Sequence record: SRR31156797_9179
Strand: one strand, 5' to 3'
Length of the DNA: 64,000 nt
In this document: piece by piece, positions 29,358 through 39,612 of the stretch
Position numbering within the stretch: position 1 is the stretch's first letter
Layout: each line of letters opens with the position of its first letter
Made by a program: the position numbers and the translations under genes
The notes under the pieces: generated by a model
Told to the model about the DNA's origin: nothing
What the model saw: only the letters and a program-made list of their open reading frames with translations
The model's database searches: none

Positions 29358-30596
29358 CTATTTTTTCGCGTGATAATAAAGAACCGAACAATTCTCTTTT
29401 CTGAACAATTTGGCTGAGGTGGTTAAAATATCTTCCACACTTACTTTTTGATATTTATCTACTTCGGTGTTGATTTCATTTGCATCACCTAATAGTTCGT
29501 GAGTTGCCAAATTCATAGCTTTATTTAGGTAACTTATTTCCGAGAAGACCAATGAGGATTCAACTTTGTTCTTCACTTTTTGGAGTTCGTAGTCTGAAAC
29601 CTTCTCAGTAGCAATTTTATTCAGTTCTTCCCAAATTGCAGCTTCTGCAATTTCAAACGATACCCCTTCCGTTAATTTACCAGTTACCAAAAATAAACCC
29701 GGTTCGTGATCTCCGGTTAAGTAAGCATCAATAGAAGAAAATAGGTTTTTCTCCTTTATCAGCGATTGAAAAATTCTCGATGATTGTCCATTGGATAAAA
29801 CATCAGAAACCAAATCGGTTGAATAGAATTCATCATCAGTTCTTTTGCCCATGTGGAATGCCATATAAATAGCATCGAAAGGAACATTTCTTTCAACATG
29901 CAAACTTCTGAATTCAGTTTGCTTTGGTTCTTCAGGAAGATTTCTTTGTGCAACTTCTCTGCGTTCAATTGGACCAAACCATTTTTCAGCCAATTGTTTT
30001 ACATTTTCAGTTTCTACATTTCCTGAAACAACAAGAATGGCATTATTTGGCGCATAATGCTTAAAGAAAAATTCTTTTACTTCATCTAAATGAACGGTTT
30101 CAATTTGCTCAATTGATTTACCAATAGTAGACCATTGGTAAGGGTGTTTTTTATAAACCAATGGACGTAGATGCAACCATACATCACCATAAGGTTGATT
30201 AAAATATCGTTGCTTAAATTCTTCAATTACTACATTTCGCTGAACCTCTAGACTCTTTTCGCTGAAAGCCAAACTCAGCATTCTATCCGATTCCAACCAA
30301 AAAGCTGTTTCCAGATTTGCTTTTGGTACGGTAAGGTAATAATTCGTAACATCGTTACTTGTCCAGGCATTGTTATCGCCTCCAACAAGTTGTAATGGTT
30401 CATCGTAATTTGGAATATTAACAGATCCACCAAACATTAAATGTTCAAAAAGGTGAGCAAATCCGGTTCTTTCCGGATCTTCATCTTTTGCACCAATGTT
30501 GTATAGGATATTAACAGCTGCCATTGGTGTTGTTTCATCGTGATGAACAATCACTCGTAAGCCATTTTCTAATGTGAATTTATCGAATTCTATCAT
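29358..30596 (-). CDS. M16 family zinc peptidase (catalytic subunit)
   Basis: GFAHLFEHLMFGGS, NAWTS, LESDRM, VVIEE. Confidence 0.92.
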   Translation of the reverse strand: MIEFDKFTLENGLRVIVHHDETTPMAAVNILYNIGAKDEDPERTGFAHLFEHLMFGGSVNIPNYDEPLQLVGGDNNAWTSNDVTNYYLTVPKANLETAFWLESDRMLSLAFSEKSLEVQRNVVIEEFKQRYFNQPYGDVWLHLRPLVYKKHPYQWSTIGKSIEQIETVHLDEVKEFFFKHYAPNNAILVVSGNVETENVKQLAEKWFGPIERREVAQRNLPEEPKQTEFRSLHVERNVPFDAIYMAFHMGKRTDDEFYSTDLVSDVLSNGQSSRIFQSLIKEKNLFSSIDAYLTGDHEPGLFLVTGKLTEGVSFEIAEAAIWEELNKIATEKVSDYELQKVKNKVESSLVFSEISYLNKAMNLATHELLGDANEINTEVDKYQKVSVEDILTTSAKLFRKENCSVLYYHAKK

Positions 30597-31546
30597 ACGT
30601 TTAATTCCAAATTTATTATGTTTGATACAGCTTCTTTATATTCTTTCTTTACCTCCGAAACAATATCAGCAACAGGTTGAATTTCGAAGATCATAGCAGA
30701 AACTTGTCCAATTTCAAGTTCACCTTCATCAAGTTTACCTTCGAACATTCCTTTTTTGGCTCTTCCTTTTCCTAATATCTCTTTCATCTCTTCTGGAGAT
30801 GCTCCTCTGCATTCAGCATCATGAACCTGATCGAAAAATTGATTTTTTATCAATCGGGTAGGAGCGAGTTTTTTTAATGCTAATTTTGTTCCACCTTCAG
30901 CCAATCCAATTACAGATTTTTTAAATTCAATATGAGCTGATGATTCTTCGGCAACAGCAAAACGAGTTCCCATCTGAACTCCATCAGCACCCAAAACCAT
31001 AGCGGCTAACATGCTATTTCCCGATCCTATTCCTCCTGCAGCAATAAGAGGCAATGTTGTTGCTTTTCTTACCGATGGAATTAATGTCATTGTTGTCGTT
31101 TCTTCACGGCCGTTGTGTCCTCCGGCTTCGAAACCTTCTGCAACAATAGCATCAACACCGGCATCTTCGCATTTTTTAGCAAAGAATGCACTCGATACAA
31201 CGTGCACAACAGTAATTCCATGTTCTTTTAAAAATGGAGTCCATTTTTTAGGACTTCCAGCTGATGTAAATACAATCTTCACTTCTTCCTTAACAATGAT
31301 GTCCATGATTTTATCCATTTCAGGATAAAGCAGGGGTACATTTACGCCAAAAGGTTTATTGGTTGCAGCTTTGGTTTTTTGGATGTGTTCCTGAAAAGTT
31401 TCGGGATGCATCGATCCTGCACCAATTAATCCTAATCCTCCAGCATTACTTACGGCACTTGCAAGTCTCCAGCCCGAACACCATACCATTCCACCTTGAA
31501 TAAGTGGTAAATCTATATTGAAAAGAGATGTGATTCTATTTTTCAT
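30593..31546 (-). CDS. FabK-like enoyl-ACP reductase II / nitronate monooxygenase family
   Basis: PLIQGGM, AVSNAGGLG, PFGVN, EGFEAGGH, IAAGGI, GVQMGTRF; ATG 31546 preferred. Confidence 0.85.
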   Translation of the reverse strand: MKNRITSLFNIDLPLIQGGMVWCSGWRLASAVSNAGGLGLIGAGSMHPETFQEHIQKTKAATNKPFGVNVPLLYPEMDKIMDIIVKEEVKIVFTSAGSPKKWTPFLKEHGITVVHVVSSAFFAKKCEDAGVDAIVAEGFEAGGHNGREETTTMTLIPSVRKATTLPLIAAGGIGSGNSMLAAMVLGADGVQMGTRFAVAEESSAHIEFKKSVIGLAEGGTKLALKKLAPTRLIKNQFFDQVHDAECRGASPEEMKEILGKGRAKKGMFEGKLDEGELEIGQVSAMIFEIQPVADIVSEVKKEYKEAVSNIINLELNV

Positions 31547-31881
31547 CTTATACTTTACTTTTATATAATCAAAAAAAGACACAAGGCTAAAGTGTATGCT
31601 TGCGTCTTATTTGGATGTTTTGTGTGATGCAAATTTAGAAAAATTCTTGATAAGAATAAGATGTATAAGTATGATTTTAAGCATGCAATTTTCAAATGAT
31701 TAGAGAATCAAGTAGTGCTTTTGTCTAATTTGTTCTTTAGATTAAATATGTATTCCAATTTCAGCCAATTTTATTGTGCTCTTTTCCATTTAGGTCTTGT
31801 ATCTTAATAAACTAATTACTTATTTTTATGCCCGAAATTAAAAGAGGGGTTAACCATTGTCAATCAACGCGTTTCAGTTAA

Positions 31882-33678
31882 TTGGCTGTATTACAAAAAA
31901 GAGTGAAGAAAAAATCATTATTAGGCCGTTTTCTAGTTTGGCGATTAAAGCATGTGAGCGATCGTCAGTTTATTTCTTTTATGGCCGTACTTATAGGTGT
32001 TACATCGGGAATTGCAGCCGTTATTATTAAGAATTCGGTGCACTTTATTAGTACTTTATTACAGAATAATTCCTCTGACGAATATCAGAATATCTTATAT
32101 GTGATCTACCCAACCATAGGTATTCTAGTAGCAGTTCTTTTTATAAAATTCGTAATACGACGTCCGGTTCGGCATGGTATTCCCAATGTTTTGTATAGTA
32201 TTTCGAAAACTAATGGACAGATCAATCGTCATAATATGTTTTCATCAATTGTAACCTCTGCTTTTACCGTAGGATTTGGTGGATCGGTCGGATTAGAGGG
32301 ACCGACTGTAGCTACTGGTGCAGCTTTAGGATCAAATATTGGAAGACTTTTTCATTTAAATTACAAGCAAATTACGCTTCTATTAGGGTGTGCATGTGCG
32401 GGAGCAATGGCAGCTATTTTTAAAGCTCCAATTGCTGCAATTGTATTTGCTTTAGAGGTGATCATGTTGGATTTAACCATGTGGTCTCTTGTTCCTCTTT
32501 TACTGGCATCAGCATCAGCTGTTCTTACTTCGTATTTCTTTTTAGGTATGGATGTTTTGTATCCTTTCGAAGTGGAAAATGGCTTTGATATGAAGGATTT
32601 GCCCTATTATATCGCATTAGGGATTTTTACTGGTTTGGTAGCTACTTACTTTACCAAGTCATATATGTTTATTCATGGCATTTTTGAAAAAATTGATAAT
32701 ATCTATAAGAAATTGTTGATTGGTGCATTATCATTAGGGGTTATTATTTTCTTTTTCCCATCCTTATTTGGTGAGGGATATCATGCCATAAATGCATGCC
32801 TTTCTGGTGATTATTCTTATCTGTACAACAACTCTTTTTTCTATTCATTCAGTGAGAATTTTTGGGTATTGATTGTACTGTTTGTAATGGTAATCTTCTT
32901 TAAAGTAATTGCAGCATCAATAACATTTGGGGCAGGTGGAGTAGGAGGTATTTTTGCACCAACTTTGTTTATGGGTGTTAATGCGGGAGTGTTATTCGCA
33001 AAAGTAGTTCAGTATATGGGCTTACGGGATTTGCAGGTTAACAACTTTGCATTGATAGGAATGGCTGGAATGATTGCGGGTGTGTTGCATGCGCCTTTAA
33101 CAGGTTTATTTTTGATTGCTGATATTTCAGGAGGCTATCAATTATTTGTACCGCTAATGATTACAGCAACTATTTCCTATGCTACGGTAAAAACATTTGA
33201 ACCACATTCGGTTTATACCATCCAATTGGCTAAACGCAAGGAATTAATGACTCACGATAAAGATCAAAACGTTCTGTCCTTAATGCGTGTAACTAAGTTG
33301 ATAGAAAAGAACTTTAGTACTGTTAATGCAGATGCTACACTGGGCGATTTGGTTAAAGTTATTGCAAAGGCAAATCGTAATATATTTATTGTGATTGATG
33401 AAGAAAACAACTTTCAGGGAATTGTAAAAATGGATGATATTCGAGAAATTATGTTCCAGCCAGAAAAATATGATGAAGTATTTGTACGTGATTTAATGGT
33501 AGTACCTCAGGTTGTAATTCAGCATGATGAATCGATGGCTGATGTTGCCAGGAAATATCAGTATTCCGATAAATTCAACCTAGTTGTATTAAAAGATGGA
33601 AAATATTGTGGCTGTGTTTCCCGAGCTCAAATCTTTTCTACCTACAGAAGAATGCTGAAACACTTCTCTGAAGATTAG
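31882..33678 (+). CDS. CLC-family chloride channel/transporter with CBS domains (paralog 1)
   Basis: RHGIP, GGSVGLEGP, GGVGGIFAP, HAPLT, C-terminal CBS pair; start codon uncertain (TTG). Confidence 0.9.
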   Translation: MAVLQKRVKKKSLLGRFLVWRLKHVSDRQFISFMAVLIGVTSGIAAVIIKNSVHFISTLLQNNSSDEYQNILYVIYPTIGILVAVLFIKFVIRRPVRHGIPNVLYSISKTNGQINRHNMFSSIVTSAFTVGFGGSVGLEGPTVATGAALGSNIGRLFHLNYKQITLLLGCACAGAMAAIFKAPIAAIVFALEVIMLDLTMWSLVPLLLASASAVLTSYFFLGMDVLYPFEVENGFDMKDLPYYIALGIFTGLVATYFTKSYMFIHGIFEKIDNIYKKLLIGALSLGVIIFFFPSLFGEGYHAINACLSGDYSYLYNNSFFYSFSENFWVLIVLFVMVIFFKVIAASITFGAGGVGGIFAPTLFMGVNAGVLFAKVVQYMGLRDLQVNNFALIGMAGMIAGVLHAPLTGLFLIADISGGYQLFVPLMITATISYATVKTFEPHSVYTIQLAKRKELMTHDKDQNVLSLMRVTKLIEKNFSTVNADATLGDLVKVIAKANRNIFIVIDEENNFQGIVKMDDIREIMFQPEKYDEVFVRDLMVVPQVVIQHDESMADVARKYQYSDKFNLVVLKDGKYCGCVSRAQIFSTYRRMLKHFSED

Positions 33679-33762
33679 AATTGCTTTAATTTGAATTTAT
33701 TTACGATTGGATTTGCAGCAAACGTTTGCTTGTTTGTCTCTGTGGTATAGTGTTTTAGTTGC

Positions 33763-33829
33763 TCTTTCGAAAAGTTTTTTAAATTTCTTTCGAAAAGGGT
33801 TTTTCATTTCCGATTATCTATTACTTTTG
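33763..33829 (+). promoter_or_regulatory. Promoter region of CLC paralog 2 with a 12-bp direct repeat
   Basis: TCTTTCGAAAAG at 33763 and 33786; TACTTTTG -7 element at 33822-33829. Confidence 0.5.
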
Positions 33830-34022
33830 CACTCACTTTTTTAAATCTGTTAAAACAATACAATTGTACAACAGATAAGAAAATCAGATGAATACATCTT
33901 TTATTGCAAGTTGCTAAACTTATTTATGTATTTATCTTAAAGGCCGCCTGACTTCTTCAGCCATCCGACCTTTTGAGTTTTAATTTAGTAGAGTTTAATA
34001 AAGCTAATCAGGGTTCGGAGAA

Positions 34023-35798
34023 ATGAAGAATAAAAGTTTGCTTTCCCGTTTTTTAATTTGGAGGGTAAAGAACATCAAGGAACGTCAATTCGTTCTAATT
34101 TTAAGTTTTATAGTTGGTCTTGTAAGTGGTTTGGCGGCACTCATATTAAAAAATGCCATTCATTTTACGCACCATTTTTTAACGCATCGTTTGCATGTTG
34201 ATTCCGCCAATTTATTGTATTTGGCTTATCCGGCAGTAGGGATTCTGTTGACTGTTTTGTTCGTAAAATTCTTTGTGAAGGATAATATTGGACATGGAGT
34301 TTCAAGAATTTTGTATGCGATATCGAAGAAAAATTCTCTAATAAAGTCACACAATAACTTTTCATCTGTTGTTGCCAGTACGCTAACAATTGGCTTTGGT
34401 GGATCGGTTGGAGCAGAGGCACCAGTAGTATTAACTGGAGCATCAATTGGATCCAATCTGGGTCGAATGTTTCACATGAATCAAAAAATTATCACCCTGA
34501 TGGTTGGTTGTGGGGCAGCAGGAGCGATTGGAGGAATATTTAAAGCACCAATGGCTGGAATGGTCTTTACTCTGGAGGTATTGATGCTAGATTTGACCAT
34601 GGCATCACTTATACCATTGCTAATATCGTCGATTACAGGAGCAAGTATTTCCTACTTTTTCATGGGAAAAGGAGTGTTGCTTTCTTATGATGTATCTGAG
34701 CCTTTCGTGATTGGAAACTTTCCATACTATATACTATTGGGTGTTTTTGCAGGTTTGGTATCTCTATATTTTACTCGATTTTCAATGTATTTGGAATCCT
34801 TGTTTGATAAGGTGACCAATTGTTATCGTAAAATGTTAATTGGTGGACTTGCCTTGGGTATCTTGATCTTTTTATTCCCTCCACTTTACGGAGAAGGATA
34901 TAGCACTATTCAAGCCCTATTAAATGGTGATCATACACATTTGGTGAACAACAGTATCTTTTATTTCCTGAAAGATAATTACTGGTTGTTGCTTGGTTAT
35001 GTTGTTTTGATTTTGGTTTTTAAGGTAATTGCTTCAACGGTTACAACCGGTAGTGGTGGAGTTGGTGGTATTTTTGCTCCATCCTTATTTTTAGGAGGAG
35101 TTTCCGGCTTTTTTGTTGCACGATTTGTGAATGGATTCAATTTTGTAAATCTATCTGAAAGTAATTTCACCCTTATTGGAATGGCAGGAATGATGGCAGG
35201 TGTAATGCATGCACCTCTAACTGCAATTTTCCTGATTGTGGAGATTACCGGAGGATATGAGCTGTTTATTCCGATCATGATTACAGCAACAATTGCTTAC
35301 CTAACCATCATGTATTTTGAACCGCATTCTATATATACAAAGCGTTTGGCAAAACGTGGTGAGTTAATTACTCATAATAAAGACAAAGCTGTTTTAACTT
35401 TGATGAAAATGGGTAGAGTGATCGAGACTGACCTGAAGAAAGTTAAGCCAGATGCAACTTTGGGGGAATTGGTAAAGATCATATCACATTCGCAACGAAA
35501 TATTTTTCCAGTAGTTGATGAAGAGGAAAAGTTGCTAGGAATTGTATTGCTGGATGACATTCGAAATATCATGTTTAATCCAGAAATGTATGATGATACT
35601 TACGTTAGAAATCTGATGATTATGCCACCTGCAATTTTGGATGCTGATGCTCCAATGGAAAAGGTAATGAGAAGATTTGAAGAAACAGGAGCCTGGAACC
35701 TTCCGGTTACACAGGATGAAAAATATTTGGGATTTGTATCAAAAGCTAAAATCTTCAATGTATACCGAAGAGTTTTGGTACACTTTTCAGATGAATAG
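34023..35798 (+). CDS. CLC-family chloride channel/transporter with CBS domains (paralog 2)
   Basis: GHGVS, GGSVGAEAP, GGVGGIFAP, CBS pair. Confidence 0.9.
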   Translation: MKNKSLLSRFLIWRVKNIKERQFVLILSFIVGLVSGLAALILKNAIHFTHHFLTHRLHVDSANLLYLAYPAVGILLTVLFVKFFVKDNIGHGVSRILYAISKKNSLIKSHNNFSSVVASTLTIGFGGSVGAEAPVVLTGASIGSNLGRMFHMNQKIITLMVGCGAAGAIGGIFKAPMAGMVFTLEVLMLDLTMASLIPLLISSITGASISYFFMGKGVLLSYDVSEPFVIGNFPYYILLGVFAGLVSLYFTRFSMYLESLFDKVTNCYRKMLIGGLALGILIFLFPPLYGEGYSTIQALLNGDHTHLVNNSIFYFLKDNYWLLLGYVVLILVFKVIASTVTTGSGGVGGIFAPSLFLGGVSGFFVARFVNGFNFVNLSESNFTLIGMAGMMAGVMHAPLTAIFLIVEITGGYELFIPIMITATIAYLTIMYFEPHSIYTKRLAKRGELITHNKDKAVLTLMKMGRVIETDLKKVKPDATLGELVKIISHSQRNIFPVVDEEEKLLGIVLLDDIRNIMFNPEMYDDTYVRNLMIMPPAILDADAPMEKVMRRFEETGAWNLPVTQDEKYLGFVSKAKIFNVYRRVLVHFSDE

Positions 35799-35827
35799 TA
35801 GTTTTAGATTAGTTATAGGTTAGTTAG

Positions 35828-35856
35828 AAGCTTGCTCATTTATGGGCAAGCTTTTT
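35828..35856 (+). terminator. Intrinsic terminator
   Basis: AAGCTTGCTCAT-TT-ATGGGCAAGCTT followed by TTT. Confidence 0.75.
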
Positions 35857-35933
35857 AATTGTATAAGATATCTTACTAAAAAGCATTGCTCTATACCAGA
35901 ATACCTATATTTGAAGCATAAAAACTATTAACA

Positions 35934-36941
35934 ATGAACAACAAATACTATCAACCACTAAACTCAGATATTTGGCATGGAAGAATTGATGATGAGGATG
36001 ATTACGATTCTTTTCGCTGGCATCAAATCATTCAGCCATTAGATTTGGCAGGAGACAATATAAAGCCAGAAAATGGATTTGGCTTACTGGGATTTTGCTG
36101 CGATAAAGGAGTTCAACGAAACCTGGGACGAAAAGGAACGTCGAAAGCTCCCAATAGTATCCGTAAAGAGATGGCAAATTTGCCATGTACCTTTCCCGAA
36201 TCGACTCATATTTACGATTGTGGCGATATTGTAAGTGAAGTTGGAGAGCTTGAAGATGTACAAGAGGCTTTGGCAAATACCGTTTGTCGAATGTTAGAAC
36301 TAGGTCTTTTCCCTATTATTTTAGGTGGCGGACACGAAATAGCCTATGGGCATTATTTAGGTATAGAGCGATTTTTAAAACAGGAGAATCAGGAATTGGG
36401 TATCTTTAATATGGATGCGCATTTCGATATGCGACCGTATAAAAACGGGGCAAGCTCGGGAACTATGTTTGCTCAAATTGCAGATCGTTGCCAGGAGCAG
36501 GGCGAAGATTTTCGCTACATGGTAGCCGGAATTCAGCAATACGGAAATACCGTAGGCTTGTTCAAAAAAGCGGATGATTTAAATGTAAAGTACCTGATGG
36601 CTCGTGACATTTCTAACGATACCATGTTTGCAGTAGGGCAGGATATAATTCGCTTCACTAAAAAGCAGAAAAAGATATACATGACACTTTGTTCCGATGT
36701 AATTTCGTCGGCTTATGCTCCAGGAGTTAGTGCACCACAGCCATTTGGTTTACATCCCGAAATAATATTGAAACTGATCAAAACAGTCATTCAATCCGGA
36801 AAAGTAATCAGTTTTGATATTGCTGAGGTATCGCCTCGTTTCGATGAAGACAATAGAACTTCTAAATTGGCTGCCATTATTGTTTTTGCAGTTATCAATT
36901 CGGTAATTGAGTTTGGCAGTGGTGAGGATTGTAGTTGTTAG
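35934..36941 (+). CDS. hutG: Formimidoylglutamase (ureohydrolase family)
   Basis: WHGRID, CDKGVQRNLGR, GGGHEIAYG, DAHFDMR, SSGT, APGVSAP. Confidence 0.9.
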   Translation: MNNKYYQPLNSDIWHGRIDDEDDYDSFRWHQIIQPLDLAGDNIKPENGFGLLGFCCDKGVQRNLGRKGTSKAPNSIRKEMANLPCTFPESTHIYDCGDIVSEVGELEDVQEALANTVCRMLELGLFPIILGGGHEIAYGHYLGIERFLKQENQELGIFNMDAHFDMRPYKNGASSGTMFAQIADRCQEQGEDFRYMVAGIQQYGNTVGLFKKADDLNVKYLMARDISNDTMFAVGQDIIRFTKKQKKIYMTLCSDVISSAYAPGVSAPQPFGLHPEIILKLIKTVIQSGKVISFDIAEVSPRFDEDNRTSKLAAIIVFAVINSVIEFGSGEDCSC

Positions 36942-37059
36942 GTGAATTAGAAGGTATTTCTTTTATCTGAATATTCAATCACTATAAAAAGATGTATCGA
37001 TTTGTTTTTCCATTCCCTTTCAATTTGTTAAATTAGAAGCTATCACCCAAGATAGCTTT

Positions 37060-38835
37060 ATGGGACAAACCACTCGCTGGCGCAGATTTCTGATTTGGAG
37101 ATTGCGCCATATCACCAACCAAAACTTCATGCTTATTTTAAGTGTGTTTGTTGGAATTGCTTCCGGAATGACTGCATTAATTTTAAAAACAGCAGTTTAT
37201 CGTGGTCGTGAGTTTTTATTGGAGGGAATCGATTGGGCGTATCAGAATTACCTATTCTTTCTTTATCCAATGATAGGAGTAGGACTTACGCTTTTGTTTA
37301 AAAAATACATTATTCGCGATTTTATAAAGCATAACATTACCGCATTATTGCAAGCCATATCAAAAAGAAACAGTATCGTAAAATTTCACAAAGCTTATTC
37401 TTCGGTTATTGGATCGATAATTACAGCGGGTTTTGGAGGAAGTATTGGTTTGGAGTCACCCATTATTTCATCTGGAGCCGCTATAGGGTCGAATATGGCG
37501 AGAAACTTTCATCTCAATTATAAGGAGATAACGGTAATGCTTGCTTGTGGTGCTTCAGGTGCAATTGCTGCCATCTTTAACACACCAATTGCTGCTATAG
37601 TTTTTGCATTGGAGGTTTTACTTATCGATTTGTCACGCTTTTCGCTGATTCCACTTCTAACGGCATCGGTAAGTGGAGCCATTACCACCAAGCTATTTCT
37701 TGATGAAGATATCTTAATTGAATTTGCCATTACTTCACCATTTATGGCTCGCGATATTCCATTTTTTATTTTGTTGGGAATTTTATCAGGTTTTACCTCG
37801 GTTTACTTTACCCGAATGTTTTTATGGATCGAGCACAAGTTTGAAAATATTAAATTGCGTCGAAATCGAATGCTGATAGGAGGTTTGGTATTGGGGGTAA
37901 TGATTTTCTACTTTCCGGCACTTTATGGTGAGGGATACAATATGGTAAAAGCCTTAATTGGTGGACGATTGGATGAGGTATTTCAATCGAGCTTGTTTGA
38001 GAATTATACTGAAGTTTGGTATATGGTCATCATATTTATTGGTGCCATGGTTTTACTCAAGGTTATTGCAACATCTATTACTTTGGGAGCTGGCGGAATA
38101 GGCGGAATTTTTGCACCATCGGTCTTCACTGGAGCCATGCTGGGCTTCCTTTTCGTATATATTTTCAATCATTTTCAGCTGGGTGAACCTTTGGATGCCA
38201 ACAATTTTACTTTAGTAGGAATGGCAAGTGTACTGGGCGGCGTATTACAGGCACCTTTAACAGGGATATTTCTAATTGCCGAAATTACAAGTGGCTACGA
38301 GCTGATTGTTCCGCTGATGTTATCAACTACGATATCTTTCATTACAGTAAAGAGTCTGCAAAAAGAATCGATTGTAACTACTCAGTTGGCTAATAAAGGA
38401 GAATTGATTACTCACAATAAGGACAGAGCTGTTTTAACCTTTATGCAGTTATCGAGAGTTATTGAAAGAGATTTAATAAGCATTAACGAATACGCTACTT
38501 TAGAAGATTTAGTAAAAGTGATTTCAAAATCGAAGCGTAATATTTATCCGGTTTTAACCGAGGAGAAGTATTTAATTGGTGTGATTTTATTAGATGATGT
38601 TCGTGAAATCATGTTCAACAGCGAAATGTATGCTACACCCATTAGCAATTTAATGATCATGCCACCTGCTTCTATATCCTATAAAGATTCAATGGAGGTG
38701 GTATTAAAGAAATTTACCGAAACAGGAGCTTGGAATTTGCCTGTGATTGATGATGGAAAATACATTGGTTTTGTATCGAAATCGAAATTGTTTTCGGCGT
38801 ATCGACAGCACTTGGTGAAGATAACGGCCGATTAA
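37060..38835 (+). CDS. CLC-family chloride channel/transporter with CBS domains (paralog 3)
   Basis: GGSIGLESP, GGIGGIFAP, QAPLTG, CBS pair. Confidence 0.9.
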   Translation: MGQTTRWRRFLIWRLRHITNQNFMLILSVFVGIASGMTALILKTAVYRGREFLLEGIDWAYQNYLFFLYPMIGVGLTLLFKKYIIRDFIKHNITALLQAISKRNSIVKFHKAYSSVIGSIITAGFGGSIGLESPIISSGAAIGSNMARNFHLNYKEITVMLACGASGAIAAIFNTPIAAIVFALEVLLIDLSRFSLIPLLTASVSGAITTKLFLDEDILIEFAITSPFMARDIPFFILLGILSGFTSVYFTRMFLWIEHKFENIKLRRNRMLIGGLVLGVMIFYFPALYGEGYNMVKALIGGRLDEVFQSSLFENYTEVWYMVIIFIGAMVLLKVIATSITLGAGGIGGIFAPSVFTGAMLGFLFVYIFNHFQLGEPLDANNFTLVGMASVLGGVLQAPLTGIFLIAEITSGYELIVPLMLSTTISFITVKSLQKESIVTTQLANKGELITHNKDRAVLTFMQLSRVIERDLISINEYATLEDLVKVISKSKRNIYPVLTEEKYLIGVILLDDVREIMFNSEMYATPISNLMIMPPASISYKDSMEVVLKKFTETGAWNLPVIDDGKYIGFVSKSKLFSAYRQHLVKITAD

Positions 38836-38840
38836 ATCTC

Positions 38841-38869
38841 GTAAAGACGTAGCATTGCTAAGTCTCTAC
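38841..38869 (-). repeat. GTAG-type REP palindrome
   Basis: Reverse complement GTAGAGACTTAGCAATGCTACGTCTTTAC; 25/29 identical to 14678-14706. Confidence 0.75.
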
Positions 38870-38877
38870 AGCAGGTA

Positions 38878-39474
38878 TCAAATGTCAATATTATTGCTTT
38901 TTTCTTTGCTGTGCTTGCGGTATATGGAATCTCTTTTTCGAAAATACTCTTTTCGTTCTTTTATAAATTCATTGTGCAGAGAATCCAAATCTTTGTGCAT
39001 ACCTTTGTTTCGCTCTTGCCTGAAAAATTGATGTCCTTCTATCATTTCCTCCAGATCTTTAAAGAATTCTCGCTGGCTTGAATCTCGATAGAAGAAGTTT
39101 TTACGATTGAACTGAGGATCGAAAAAATCCTTATCGAAGAAATCATCAGAGAAGAATGGGTGGTGAAAGGATTTGTTCACCGAAGTATCTCTCTTGAAAA
39201 AATATTGCATTCTTTCCTGCATTTCTGTTCTTATTTCATGAATATCCGAGAAATTTAAAAATGCTGAATCGGGCATGAAATGATGCGTGCTGTCTGATGA
39301 CCAAGAATAAACATAGGTAGAGTCGTAACGAATAAGATTGCCATCTTTATCGTATTCTCGATTCACATCGATGTTTTTCTTCGGTAGATTTTTTTGAATC
39401 GTGTCTTGGCTAAATACTGAAGTAGATATTAGTAAAACACATAATGAGAGTAATATTTTACTTACATGTTTCAT
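38878..39474 (-). CDS. Hypothetical exported protein
   Basis: Signal peptide (VFS-Q); VNREYDKDGNLIRYDSTYVYSWS; Phe/Asp-rich tail. Confidence 0.75.
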   Translation of the reverse strand: MKHVSKILLSLCVLLISTSVFSQDTIQKNLPKKNIDVNREYDKDGNLIRYDSTYVYSWSSDSTHHFMPDSAFLNFSDIHEIRTEMQERMQYFFKRDTSVNKSFHHPFFSDDFFDKDFFDPQFNRKNFFYRDSSQREFFKDLEEMIEGHQFFRQERNKGMHKDLDSLHNEFIKERKEYFRKRDSIYRKHSKEKSNNIDI

Positions 39475-39555
39475 AATAAATAAGTTTATGGTTTTGCAAA
39501 ATAAATTTACAAAACCTATGGCTTTTATCAGCGTTAAATTATTTTAAAAAGTATT

Positions 39556-39584
39556 AAAAAAGCTGCCCTTGTATAAGAGCAGCT
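39556..39584 (-). terminator. Intrinsic terminator
   Basis: AGCTGCCCTT-GTAT-AAGAGCAGCT preceded by an A run. Confidence 0.65.
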
Positions 39585-39612
39585 GATTCCGAAACTATAT
39601 ATTGAATTAAAA

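Noticed and set aside
33830..34022. Fluoride riboswitch / CLC-F exporter
   Set aside because: No GGCGATGG..CTAATGA..CTAC consensus, and the proteins lack the CLC-F GNNLI/GREGT signatures.
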